A stretch of 64,000 nt of DNA, taken from positions 380,995 through 444,994 of the forward strand of contig NMRA01000199.1 in NCBI GenBank assembly GCA_002633005.1, written 5' to 3'. The notes beneath the pieces were generated by a model. It was not told the origin of the DNA and ran no database searches. It saw only the letters and a list, made by a program, of their open reading frames with translations. This document shows, in pieces, positions 1-12,395 of this stretch (the first letter of the stretch is position 1; each line of letters begins with the position of its first letter). The translations under genes and the position numbers were made by a program. The stretch comes from Phoronis australis (lineage: Eukaryota > Animalia > Phoronida).

Positions 1-376
1 AGCCATATCACATCTAGCTTATCAAGTGCAGCCTATGTCAAGAAAGTATGGACAGGTACTGAGCTGCCAAATTAGACAATGGACGACTGAGTTCACTGCA
101 GGAACCATGTAGAGGTTACACGTTCCAGGTTTTAAGAGAATGGAAATTACGTTAAAATATGATTCCAGGTGATGTGGAACTTGCAATGAAATCGTTTAGA
201 AGATCACAAGACCTATCATCCAAATGCAACTCAACACTTTTGTGCTCTTACTGAGGCCCAGTTAAAGGTCTCTAAGTATGGGTGTCTAGACAATGCAAGT
301 GATTACACAAAATTTCTAAAATAAGAATCTATTTCGATGGCATGATTGTTTATTAATTCGCCCTGAAACGAGGCGT

Positions 377-1670
377 TTAATTCATTTTGGGTATCTTTGA
401 CAAGGTCAAGGTGTAATCACTGTTAGGCTCGGTCGTGGCGGAGCTCAGATTTCTCTTCGTGGCGGACCTCAAGTTTCTCTTCGTGGCGGACCTCAAGTTT
501 CTCTCCGTGGCGGACTTCAAGTTTCTCTTCGTGGCGGACCTCAAGTTTCTCTTCGTGGCGGACCTCAGGTTTCTCTTCGCGGGTTCAATACCAGCAGTCG
601 AGCCGTAGTTGGAGATTGAAACGCCAGATTCGCTGCACGTGCCACGGGCTTTATCTTCTATGGCCTCGTTAATAATAAGTGTCTCCAAAGTGTCGCCAGA
701 TGTTTCACCGCTATCTTCCAATTGTTGTTTGAAGGCGTTGGACTCCATTTTCTCCTTCGATGGACCTATGCAAGATTCATATGTGGATTCCTTGTTGGTA
801 TTTTCAGCTTCTGGTTCTGCGCATATATCGTCATGATTTCCTGTTGGTATTTCGCCGTTCACACTTGTGACGAATGTTGCCGCAGCGATGTCGCTACTTC
901 CGTCTCCGCCTGTTGCATCGTTAGTATCGTCAGGTTCTATTTCCTTGAAGACCTCACTTGTGGGCGGAAATGATTTTCCCCTGTTTATTTGCCAAATTTC
1001 CCACTTGTGCAAGTCGGCATTGACGTTGCACGTTGTACAGCTCGGCGTTTTTCTTTTACCACCCCACGTTGAGCTTCCCTTCCCTATCGTGTCAATATCC
1101 CTCAGAAATGCGCCGTTTTCCTGAGCCTCTTTTAGGTCAACTTCTTCTGTGTAGAAACCTCTATCCATACCCCGGTTCTTGTCTTAACTATTTTTGCTTG
1201 AACATCCACCCATATGAACTTATTGTCTGTGATATCAAGTTGAATGAGATTATCTCTACAGAAGTTGTCGCTGTCTGTTCCAGAATGTGTCATAACTAAG
1301 GTTACGTAATGTGGTCTGGGTCTTGAGTAGTTGCGAATGAAACGTGGCTCGGTGCAGAAAAAATCCGCAAAGTAAAGGTTGCATGATTTTTTTAAGAAAA
1401 ACTTCACAGGGATGTTTATTTGCTTTTTTCCAAATGGGGAACTTTCTGTCAAGTTTGCGCCATACTTGTTGTTGGCATAAAAGTACACCCCAGCAAGTTT
1501 ACCATCGTTAATAGGACAGTCTGGGTCACCTCCACAATCTTTATATTTTAATGGCAATTTAGCAACTTCAAAATATGAAGGGTTTTTTGCTCGATGGAAG
1601 TAGGTGCATTCCATAGTTTTGCCCACTTCTTTTTCTGCACGCTTCAGCAATTGTTCCAGGCGTGAATGTC
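377..1670 (-). pseudogene. PHYHIPL: PHYHIP/PHYHIPL-like copy 1, main exon (PHYHIP C-terminal domain plus tail), broken by a 1-nt frameshift at ~1155-1157 (pseudogene or sequencing error)
   Basis: ORFs 1132-1704 and 377-1168 join into one protein with family motifs LEQLLKRAE, KDCGG..CPIN.GKLAGVYF, SPFG, NLYFADFFC, HYVTLV, SDNFCRDNL.QLD..DNKF, EVFYTEEVDL and K.PSCTTCNV, matching my recall of human PHYHIP/PHYHIPL. The acceptor is ...tatattacag|GA, with AG at 1672-1671. Copies 2 and 3 have 4 A where this copy has 3 (gtagaaacctc). The symbol denotes family only; orthology is not shown. Confidence 0.85.
434..577 (-). repeat. Coding minisatellite, 6 x 24 bp encoding KRNL(R/K/S)SAT
   Basis: The unit cgtggcggacctcaagtttctctt is repeated six times in the copy-1 tail. 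Confidence 0.95.
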
Positions 1671-2393
1671 CTGTAATATAGATAGAAGTAAAAATTACAT
1701 ACATTTTTCCCTGAATATCTTTATTTTCTTCTATTACAGCGGTATAAAAGTGGCCATGGGGTAGATCACTTTGAGACCCCTCTCGAGTTCGAGCTCATTG
1801 TACTGAACCATAGGCGAACAATAATCAAGAAGGAGACAAACTTGGTGCTCGGAATGACCAGACAATTTTAAATTATTAACTTTTATTTTTTTTAACTTTA
1901 GGCCTCATTGTAAAAGCTGTATTTCTGGTGTTAAATTGTTGCCGAATGAGTGAAGCTCGCCATTTTCCGTTCTACTTCGTAAGTGTACGTAAGTATTGGA
2001 CACGATAGCGCCGCACGGAAATGGACGAACTTTGTACCGAACGAGCTTGGAATGAGTTGCCAACTCAAGTTACAAGCAATGCGTACATGCGCTACTTTTG
2101 AATTCGAAATTTTAGGATTGCCCAACCCAATGAATTTTGAAGCGTTTTCTTGAGTCGCTGATTGTTTCTATGCTCTTTTTGCATTTGGTAAAGAAAATGA
2201 AACCCTATCACGGTCAGAAATATTATGAGACAAGTCGATTTTTTTCTGAAACATTTAAACAAGACGAAATGCATCTTTGCTTTATCTTGCCCTGACATTA
2301 TTCTTGCATTTCAAGGTTTCTTTGTTTACCTTATCGTTTTACTGGTATTTCAACTTATTACTAATTTGGTGCAAAAAACAAATGACTGGAATA

Positions 2394-2608
2394 CATGCGC
2401 GCACCCGGGAGGGCCGCATGAGACCCCCCCCCCCCATTTGGCGAAGTGGGCAAAAAGATCCGCCTCAGAGAAACAAAAATCCGAGTAAACGAGAAAAATA
2501 TTCACTAAAAAGGAGCAGACGCATAGTTCACAGTCCTGAAGGTGTTTTTTTAGTCCTGCCGCTTTTTTGTCAGCAAAAGGTCCACACCGTCAGAAATTCG
2601 CGCGTATG
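2394..2608. mobile_element. GC-ended MITE with 5-bp TSD (GAATA)
   Basis: Ends are CATGCGCGCA...CGCGCGTATG, with GAATA on both sides. The paralogous intron at ~50000 (cactggaatgaacgataa) lacks the insertion. A related inverted copy lies at ~59961-60182. Confidence 0.75.
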
Positions 2609-4372
2609 GAATAAACGATAAGGACAAGTACACCGATTTACTGAAACTTCACTTATCCTCGAATGAGAAGAAAGGTTACGCATTTGCAAGGATTGTCAGG
2701 AAATTTATTTGCCGTGACGCCGTTTAACATGTAGTTACGCACACATTCACGGCTGCCAAATTCTCTCCCTCACGAAATTGATGGCCGTGATATTCACTTC
2801 ATTCGTATGGTCCCACACCCTAGCAGCAGTTTGTCTTTGATTTTCGTTTTTAAAACAATCGGATTTTGTGCTTGTTTTTCTAACAAGTCAGGCACGCTGT
2901 ATAAAACTTCATCACTCGCTTTATTGTAATTAATTATTGCTAATTACTAGTCCTTTTGTTCATCGCAAATTGGACTTATTTGCGAATTGTTCTAAAAACC
3001 TCTCGACCCCACGACCCCCTCTGCCCACGGCCCACAACCCCCTCAAGTCGATCTGAACATAGAAGAAGCGCTGACTTACAGGACCAACAGGTCAGGCTGT
3101 GTTCTCGGCTGGCTTTTCTCTGTTTATGTTTTGCATTCGAATCCGCAAGTTTGAAAGCCAAAAACAAAAAAACACGACCAAATCAAATCAAAGACCTACC
3201 AATGTTACAAATGATAAGACTATGGCAAAAGTGAAAAATAATAAATCATAAACAACAGTCGAAAAAGTAGAAAAATAATTCCATTTTGGTCCGCCCAAAG
3301 TTCGAAGTTTATCAGCAAAATAGTATTGATAATGATGAGTCCAACATTAAATAGATCTATAGCTGTAATCAAATATACGATTAAATAAGTGTATAAATCA
3401 ACACACAAATAATTACACCAATACCTAACTGGATTAATAATTACATAAACAAATACTGATAACTTGAGAAAGGGACTCGTAGAGTATTGAACAACACTAA
3501 ACTAATGGATGCAAAAATACACAAGATGTCAGATTCGTCAAGTTTACCACATGAATGTTTTCGCTCACGGTATTGAAGTGTAGGGAAGATTTTACTCCTC
3601 GGAAGTTATTTGATAAGCAGTTCCATTGTTTTGACACCGGTGTAAGAAATGGAGAGCTGGTAAAAACTTTTGTACAAGCAGGGGCAAATGAAGTAATGAA
3701 TAACCGCTGCTGGTATCGTGCCGGTGACAGCGTAAATAAGTTCCACAGAGAGCGCAAGGTCGCTAAAGTGCTCCTTCGTGAACAACAGTGCCAGTAAGTA
3801 ACTGGGTGTTGTTCATAAATCCTTAACTTTATAAATCACGTTGCACTTCCCTCTGTTAAGCCGTCAATGTTGAATTTTTAACCGAATTGCATTGAGCCTA
3901 GAATTATTAGCTCGGTCATCTGCATCAAATTAGTTCTAAATTATTTCAAAAATGGTGTATTTTGATTCGAAAACAGATTAATTTTTATGATTCTATTAAT
4001 AAAAAAGAATTGAAAATAAGTAAGCGAACATCTTTTATTTCAAACAATAACCAAAATAATGCCTTCTGGTTTATATATGGCAGCAACCATAGACATCACG
4101 TCTATCATCATGTCTATGGCAGTAACACTAAATGCCTGTAAAAATAATGCCTTGCTAATCTGTTGCAAGAAGATCACATTTCTCATAAGTGTGCGAATAT
4201 CTCGTAATTTGTGCAAAGATACTACAGACGGTGTAACATAATGATATCTTTGATTTGTGGTTTCACCAGAATGAACTAATTCACTAGTTATCGCCAATAT
4301 TCAATATGCCATTTTAGTTCTTTCGATTAGGCCTATCACGAAAACCATGCAGTATCCGTGTAACATACTTAC

Positions 4373-4379
4373 CTCTCAT
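4373..4379 (-). CDS. First coding micro-exon (ATG AGA G) of PHYHIP-like copy 1
   Basis: Minus strand reads GAAACA-ATGAGAG|GTAAGT. The phase-1 donor fits the phase-1 acceptor at 1670, giving MRGHSRLEQLL. The block is conserved upstream of all three copies. Confidence 0.75.
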
Positions 4380-7299
4380 TGTTTCACCTTGGTGTCGCTG
4401 CGTCTGGAGTTAAGTCAGTTCTGGAAGACAGAACGAAACAAAATCACCAGCTTTTGTTTTTATCAAGTGAAATGCTAGATTTGCTTATATTGTTGGTGAT
4501 TGATTTTTCGTTTCACTGATTACACGACAACATTGCGTGGCCGTAATATAGAAGAGCACGTGGCCTATAATTTCCAACCTTAGGCAGGGGCGAAAATCAT
4601 CTATCAAAAACGGAAACTAAGAGGAAAAATAAATCAACAAAAGAAGCATGTTGAGTTATTTGATCGTTTTATAATTTTCTGGTACAGAGTAAAGGTAAAT
4701 ACTTTGGTGCAAACACACGTACACGCTTCGCTTTGGTGTTTGCTTCTTTTGCCCCAAGTTTTGCGTTTGATGCAGTTTTAAATTTTTCCTGTTTGTTTTT
4801 TTTACCCTGTTAAGTTGACTCAAGACCGGCAAAAATCGAATGAGACCTTTTACTTGCATAAAATCGATCTCGTGATATTCTTTACTGTAGCAGAATTCAA
4901 TTTCACTTTCCAACAGGAACGTCGGAACTATCAGCGTCTCAAGGAACGGCGTCAAGATTTGTTGAGGATTGGCCAACCCTAATATTGTGATCCAAAACTG
5001 TAAGTTTTCCTATGACTTCAGTTGGTGACGGAAGTGGAATCCTATCACGGTGCCTAAACAGGGCGAAATGTAGCTGGTTGTAACAGGTGTCTTCAGTCAT
5101 GCTCGAAAATTTCGCCCTTTTACTCAAAATTGTTTGCCATTTTGGCCTACTCTGGAGATTGACTACTATTCCCTGAGCCTTATAATCTCAGAAATGTGAC
5201 AATGACATTCACCTATATGTAATAGACAGGGGTAATTTCACAGTTAATTTGTCATTTTGTCAGTGACTAGAGTGTTTTTACATTCCAAAGACAAAAATAG
5301 TCATAAGTATTTGATACAGTATACCTGTTGAACGCTTTGAAATTTTCAATGCGTTTTGCAGCTGGCAGTTATTGGGTTTTTAGCAATCAAGGAGAGGAAA
5401 TAGTGGAAGGCAACGACTATATTTTGTCTCACGAATAGCCATTGTGTACTTCGCTAATAATGTTACTAGCAGTGATTAGAAAACCGCTATCAACATTTCA
5501 GAACAAAAGTAGCATTAATTACATCGCTAATTATCTGTGTCTAAAATCTCTGATACTGTAATGTTGGCATGTTTTCTTACCTAGCTTTTCTTTCAAAACT
5601 ATCCGCTTTGGAATGCTTGACAACAATGAAATTTTTCGTCTCGGAAAAATTTTTTCTAAGAAAATTCTACTTGCATTCAAATTGCGCTTGTGCCCAGAAG
5701 CACTGAATTGGCGCGAGCGCTCCATACATTGCTAGAGGTGTAGTCAAAGGACCATTGCTTACTTTGGCTCTGTGCAATCATGGGTCTGTGTACTCAGAAA
5801 AGAGGGTCTGGGGAACAACTAATAAGTCAATACACTGCCACGTTGCACAAAGACAGCATTGGACGTTCGTGTTAGCAAAGAACTTTAGTTCTATAGGTAG
5901 CACTCAATATTTTTTACCCGCAGTTGAATTTACCTGTCCTAATTTTCACTTCCCATAGACTTTGTGCAAGTCTTTGGTCCATTATACTGCTAATAATTTT
6001 GGGCTTTGTACACGGTGTGGAACAGAATATTGGAGTTGCCAGGATCTGGTTTTTTAATCCCGAAGCCAACAAAAACTGTTGAGCGCCACCTAGTTATAGC
6101 CCACAGATATGATATTGGGATTTTTAATTAAAGGAAAGTGATGTGTGACTCACCGTTGCAGTTGAAGTACACATGTGTGGGTTTTATATTTTCTAATCAG
6201 AATTAGGGAGATCTCACGTAATTCTGTAACTAACGGTGAAATGATACTACCATTTTCATATACCTCTAGTCCTGGAATGCCATAGGTCACGTTCGAGAGT
6301 TAACTCTCGCACGTGACCTATTCTATTGTTAGCGCTTGCGTTCCCGAGACTAGCCGCGAGAGTTTGCATTGAGAATTTCTGACTGCCTGCAAGACTGAGT
6401 TTTGAGCGAGAGTTGTAGTCATCAAATCAAGCCTTATTCCATTGCTTGAGGAGCAGTTCCATGCAATCAGCGCTTTCTCAGCAAAAGCGATCAACAACCC
6501 GACAATTACACTAATCATTGTTTATAATCACCAACCTCTGGCCCTGGGTGGATACCGGAAGTAGTTTGGCCTCAGCTCCAGCCATAGAACCAATTTCGAC
6601 AACCTATGCTACATGCCAGACACTTTTGGGTTTTAAAATTATGTCACAGTATTTTACGGAAAGAAGTTACATTTGTCTCAAATGACAAATTTAGGCCCTA
6701 AAAAGGTGTGTTGACGTTAAACTTTCAAAAAATTACTCGTAATTTCTTAGCTAAGTGTGTGTGTTCAGTTGTTTGTGCGTGTGTGAGCGGGCGCGCTTGA
6801 GGGCGTACGTGTGTGCGTGCGTGATTGCCTGCGTGCGTGCTTGCGTGGGTCAGTTTGTGTGTTTTATTTTCAATTGCTTCTATAATTCATTTGTGCAATA
6901 TTTACCTATTGCGCAGATGTCGTTTTTTGTTAACTCCATTTTTGAGAAGTAGGCCTACTGTTATCTTGGGGAATGTACTTATATTATATCCGTGAAATAA
7001 AATTTCAAAAAATGAGAAGTTCACCTTGTAAAAGAACCCAATTCAGTACTTCGTGTTGTTGACAACGTGCTACAGACTTGCCATTTGCCCCGCTCTTGGC
7101 AGACTGTCCCCGAGTTTTTCGAATATTTTCCACCATCCAGACACATCGTTCCTACCACACTTCTTAGTTTTTTAGGTTTCAGTTTGCCAATATGAAATGA
7201 ATACCACAAAATCTAATTAAATAAGCACTTTTTATGTCAAATATTTGTGATTTTTTAATTTTGAAGAAAAATTAGTTATTTCCAAGTTTCCCGCCAAAT

Positions 7300-8125
7300 G
7301 ATGTAGTGGGTGGAAGACGCTTGGTTACTTGACAAACAATTGCAAAGGCGGGATATAGCTGATCCGAAAACGAGAACGATTTTGGGCCGGAACTGGACAA
7401 TTATTATGGAGAAGGAGGAGGGAGGATTCGGGCATCATACTCAAGTACTTGAAGAATCAGAAAATAGTCAAATCGATTTCCCACTTAGCGAGCTTTCGTC
7501 GGCTTTGAGGCCGTATGAACTCGACCCACTTGCGCGGAAATGCTGCAGACATATGTGAACCAAGGGGTTGTCAATATTCATAAGTCGACACTTAATAATC
7601 ACTGACAAAGGCCACAGTAAACCTGTGTCACTCGTATTCACTAATGTCACGATGGAAGGAGCACAGTCTAAACACAGTGCTTAAGCCTTCATGTCGTAGC
7701 ACTCGATCTGGGCCGGGGTCGAGGGCCTAGCATCACTCGCCCTAGAATGTCCTTTATAAAATTTTCAAATACACTTTTAAGGTGGCGAGTCTCATCGCAA
7801 CGCCGCTTTTGTATTTGGTTGAAACACGGTTTCGTGAAATGTGCCGAACAAAGTGTGACTCCCGACTGAATCGCATGTTCCAGGCTCAGTGACATTCCAC
7901 ACTCCCGTGCAGTGCACAAACCGATGCCATTTCTGTGCAGCTTCCACGTATTTAGGAAATTAGAACACAGAGACATTCTCAGACAAGTTGCTGTTACTAC
8001 AGCCTCCAAAAACGCACCCTTTTATGTCTGAAAAAAGCGGCTCTCATCGGCCCTTTCCTCACAACTCCTCAGTATCGCACTTGTAAAAACAGCAGCGGCG
8101 GAGACGGTCTTCCACCCATTACGTA
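7300..8125 (-). mobile_element. Non-autonomous THAP-bearing TIR DNA transposon (decayed)
   Basis: TIRs are ATGTAGTGGGTGGAAGAC / GTCTTCCACCCATTACGT. The minus strand encodes a frameshifted THAP domain (GGCSNSNL..NVSVF*FPK..AAQKWHRFV ... LCSAHF). Same family as the copy at 37432. Confidence 0.75.
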
Positions 8126-8449
8126 CAACCCAGATAACAGAAAAATATACCTTTCTTCAGTTTTGGCTTGTTTCTTAGCAACAGGTATACTAAAGGCTAC
8201 TAAATATCATAAGATGTATTAATAAAATTCTTTTTGAGACTTTTTGGTGGGAACTCTTTAGTACTGGTCCCGCTTTTTGACTCACCGCCAAATTGACATT
8301 TGTTATCATACACTATTATAATTTTTACCTCGCGACATATTTTCCCGCTCGAATAAAAAACGGGACGTTTTCGAGGGTTTTTGTGGTACCCGCAATACAT
8401 TTCAAAGCTACGTGATAGATGTTTGCCAATTTTTTATCTGTCAGAAACC

Positions 8450-11277
8450 TTTTTCTGTAAATTTTGGATAGATAATTAGAGTAGTAAATGCCACTGCATT
8501 CTAAATTTTATTTAATAATTGTATCAAACCGGCGGCACCAAATATCCAATTGATTAAAACATATGTATAATTTTTAATGCCTGACTAAATTATCAAATGT
8601 GAGGGATCCATGTTCTAAAACCTTTGTCTTTATAGGGTAGAATTCTTTTGAATCGTTGAAATTATTTCCTTAATGGCTTAACTAGTCATTTACATATAAC
8701 CTCTCTGATTCATTTCCTTTCTATATTACTATTACACGCTGTTATTTTTCTCATTTTGATTTTTATAATTAAAAGATATTTTTAAACCAGTCAGGTGTGC
8801 GAAATGATAATTACTTCTGAATTAAATTATTTATCTTTTGCTTCCGGTATGATTATCAAGAGTTGACAAAGGGCTTTATCGATGCAATTCGGTTAAAAAA
8901 CGGCTGAGTTGCAAAAAGTTAGTAATGACAGTAAATTCCATAGCAAGTACATACACCGGAACAACGAATGCAAACAATTCTCACGAAGAGGCCGTAGCTG
9001 GTATTCCATGAATAGAGTTTTGTACCATTTCATACTTGAGTTTCATATCAGTCTCCCGGAGCATGGTGTATGAGCTGTTGGCCTACTTTTAAGTGGAGTA
9101 CAATGCACCAGCTTGACCCGCTTAATATGTTGGCTCCGTCCATGACCTAGTTGGGCACGGTGCTTTGGAAATCGACTTGGTTAATTAAACGTTTTATGGT
9201 AATTAAGTTAATTACGCACTGCAAATTCAGTTGACATTGCGCGTGAATGTTGATATAGTGAACCCAACTAAGCGGAGTCATGATAGGTTTTATTGAGCGA
9301 AAACTAGTTTTCACCGAATAATTAACCGAAGACCTTCAGAGTTTCACAAGTCCCAACTTTATCATTTTTTCTCGGCTTCAGCAAATCGACTTAGGAACAC
9401 GAGTTCTCGAAAACGGCTTGGTGGGCTTCCTGGAAACTTCTAAACTTAGTATTTATTCATCAGTCTCAAAAACGCTTTTGGATTTTCGATGTAAATGCCT
9501 ATTATGTTTTGCGAGTTGATTTGTCGTAGAAACCAAAGGAAAAGACTAGTCGAAAATTTCGCAACTAATTTTTGGGGTAACTGGTGTTGTTTCCATTTAA
9601 AAAATTTCATTAAAATCGACTGAGGGATAATTTTGATACGAAAGTACTTTTCTTAGAAGTGAAATTTTGATAATAGTAATAAAAGTGATAAATATATATA
9701 AAATGTATTTTTATATTTCGTGGGTTTTTTTCTTACAGAAATATATACTTTTACTTGTTGACCGTAGCCTACCCCAGTTTTTAGGTATACGAGTTGGAAT
9801 GGAGGCCACTAACACGGTTTGAGATGACTTGAAGATTCGCAGGTTTTATATTGATGCTTTTAGTATTCTCTATACTTGCGCAGAGTGAAAGTAACTGCAG
9901 TGTCTGTACCTAGGAGTTTTAAGGAAATCTGGTGAAATACGGGTAAGTACAAATCAAAATATACGCCCATGGCGCCATTTCGTAAACCTATGGACACTAA
10001 TACGGAAATTGCAATGAAAAGCTCTAGGGTAACTTCTTGAACGATTCAGAAAGGCCCGTTTTCCTTGTTTGTGTGAGGTGTTGTTTAAAAAAGGGAACCT
10101 ATAACTTCCATTTATTTTAAATACAAATTATCCAAATGTGGAAAATGGTAGTCATACGGCCACAGCAATGACAAAGCGGATCACATGGAACGGAACTACG
10201 CAAATATGTTTAAAAGGAGGTTTCGACTGCTGCACATTATATTATGCCGGTAATTTTGCGAAAATGTGTTCCTCGTGTGTTGATCCTTCGACCAGTAAAC
10301 AACGGATTCCAGTGCGTTGTTGACCTGAGGTTAGTCTGCATGAACCCTATAACATTTTGTGTCAATGGCTGCACTTGATTGACTTCACTGGTTCCGCCGG
10401 GTCAACGTCTGAGACATTTGAGTGATTAAAACCCCAAAGTCGTCGTCGTAAACCATTCAGATGTCTTAGCCAGTCGACCCAGCGGAACTGGCGAACTCTG
10501 TTAAGTGTACCCAATGGCAAATACAAACCGAAGTTCTTATTAGCAATAGAGTGTTGCGTCAAGGCGAGGACCTTTTTCAGCCCTCACGAAGCTGTACGTC
10601 ACTAAAGAGCCTGTTACACTTAAGCTTCGAACAACGTCAGGTCTCGCCATGATAACAGCTAGATAAACGGCAACAATGACGTCGCATTATCACGAGCCAC
10701 GTTGTTATTGCTGAACAATGCATCTGACGTCATGCAAGGAAGAAACTTGTCCAGTGGATAACTTCAAGATTCGGGCAACCCAGTCCAGGCGTCTAAAGTT
10801 TGAAGCTATATTGCGTGCACGTTTTCAAAGTCCTAAAAACTGCTGTCAACGACGATTTACAATTCCAAAGCATATATTATTAATCTGTAAATTTAAAATC
10901 ATTAACAACTTCAATCATTACAAGCAAAAGATAATGTGACTAAAAGTTCACAAAATAGTTTACTGTTATTGTTGGCACTGACTATGAGATTTCAGGAAAT
11001 ATTTTATTAACAGCCAGAGTAGAGTTCAGTAGCTCTCCGCTCTCGCGGCTAGAAAAATCTAGCCAATCGTGTTTTGGCATTTAGATTACACAATATCTCA
11101 CGAAGTCTTGCTCTTTGGCGAGGTCCTAGCATAGTCTTATTGTTACTGAACTCTTCCCAGGAATCACGTTTACATCACACAACATCATGCTCTAACGAAA
11201 TTCAAATTAAACGTCTCGAAGTATTGGCGTCTGAACAATTATCAATGGAAACGATAATTTTTAACCAAAGATTACAC
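8450..11277. repeat. Segmental duplication: 3' flank of PHYHIP-like copy 2, homologous to ~44400-47120
   Basis: Long collinear matches, e.g. gaagtcgtcgtcgtaaaccattcagatgtcttagc at ~10437 and ~46312, and ttaaccaaagattaca at ~11261 and ~47105. Confidence 0.85.
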
Positions 11278-11814
11278 NNNNNNNNNNNNNNNNNNNNNNN
11301 NNNNNNNNNNNNNNNNNNNNNNNNNNNNNNNNNNNNNNNNNNNNNNNNNNNNNNNNNNNNNNNNNNNNNNNNNNNNNNNNNNNNNNNNNNNNNNNNNNNN
11401 NNNNNNNNNNNNNNNNNNNNNNNNNNNNNNNNNNNNNNNNNNNNNNNNNNNNNNNNNNNNNNNNNNNNNNNNNNNNNNNNNNNNNNNNNNNNNNNNNNNN
11501 NNNNNNNNNNNNNNNNNNNNNNNNNNNNNNNNNNNNNNNNNNNNNNNNNNNNNNNNNNNNNNNNNNNNNNNNNNNNNNNNNNNNNNNNNNNNNNNNNNNN
11601 NNNNNNNNNNNNNNNNNNNNNNNNNNNNNNNNNNNNNNNNNNNNNNNNNNNNNNNNNNNNNNNNNNNNNNNNNNNNNNNNNNNNNNNNNNNNNNNNNNNN
11701 NNNNNNNNNNNNNNNNNNNNNNNNNNNNNNNNNNNNNNNNNNNNNNNNNNNNNNNNNNNNNNNNNNNNNNNNNNNNNNNNNNNNNNNNNNNNNNNNNNNN
11801 NNNNNNNNNNNNNN
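11278..11814. other. Assembly gap (N run) truncating the 3' end of PHYHIP-like copy 2
   Basis: Run of n adjacent to a 147-bp coding tandem repeat. Confidence 1.
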
Positions 11815-12395
11815 TCCTCTTGTTGTTTGAAGGCGTTGGCTTCCATTGGCCCCGTCGATGAATTTATGCAAGAACCATTTGTGGATTCCTTGTTGGTATT
11901 TTCAGCTTCTGGTTCTGCGCATGTATCATCATGATTTCCTGTTGGTGTTTCACCGCTATCCTCCTCTTGTTGTTTGAAGGCGTTGTCTTCCATTGGCCCC
12001 GTCGATGAATCTATGCAAGAACCATTTGTGGATTCCTTGTTGGTATTTTCAGCTTCTGGTTCTGCGCATGTATCATCATGATTTCCTGTTGGTGTTTCAC
12101 CGCTATCCTCCTCTTGTTGTTTGAAGGCGTTGGCTTCCATTGGCCCCGTCGATGAATTTATGCAAGAACCATTTGTGGATTCCTTGTTGGTATTTTCAGC
12201 TTCTGGTTCTGCGCATGTATCGTCATGATTTCCTGTTGGTGTTTCATCGCTATCCTCCTCTTGTTGTTTGAAGGTGTTGGCCTCCGTTGTCTCCGTCGGT
12301 GGATCTATGCATGGTTCGTAGGAAGATTCTTTGTTGGTATTTTCGGCTCCTGGTTCTACGGATGTATCGCCATAATTTCCAGTTGGTGTTTCGCC
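11815..12395 (-). repeat. Coding tandem repeat, at least 4 x 147 bp (49-aa acidic unit)
   Basis: tcctcttgttgtttgaagg recurs at 11815, 11962, 12109 and 12256. The unit is DSGETPTGNHDDTCAEPEAENTNKESTNGSCINSSTGPMEANAFKQQEE. Confidence 0.95.

Noticed and set aside
609-1299. Plus-strand ORFs overlapping the PHYHIP-like exons (also 12225-12708 and 47975-48761)
   Set aside because: They are antisense shadows of the real coding frame.
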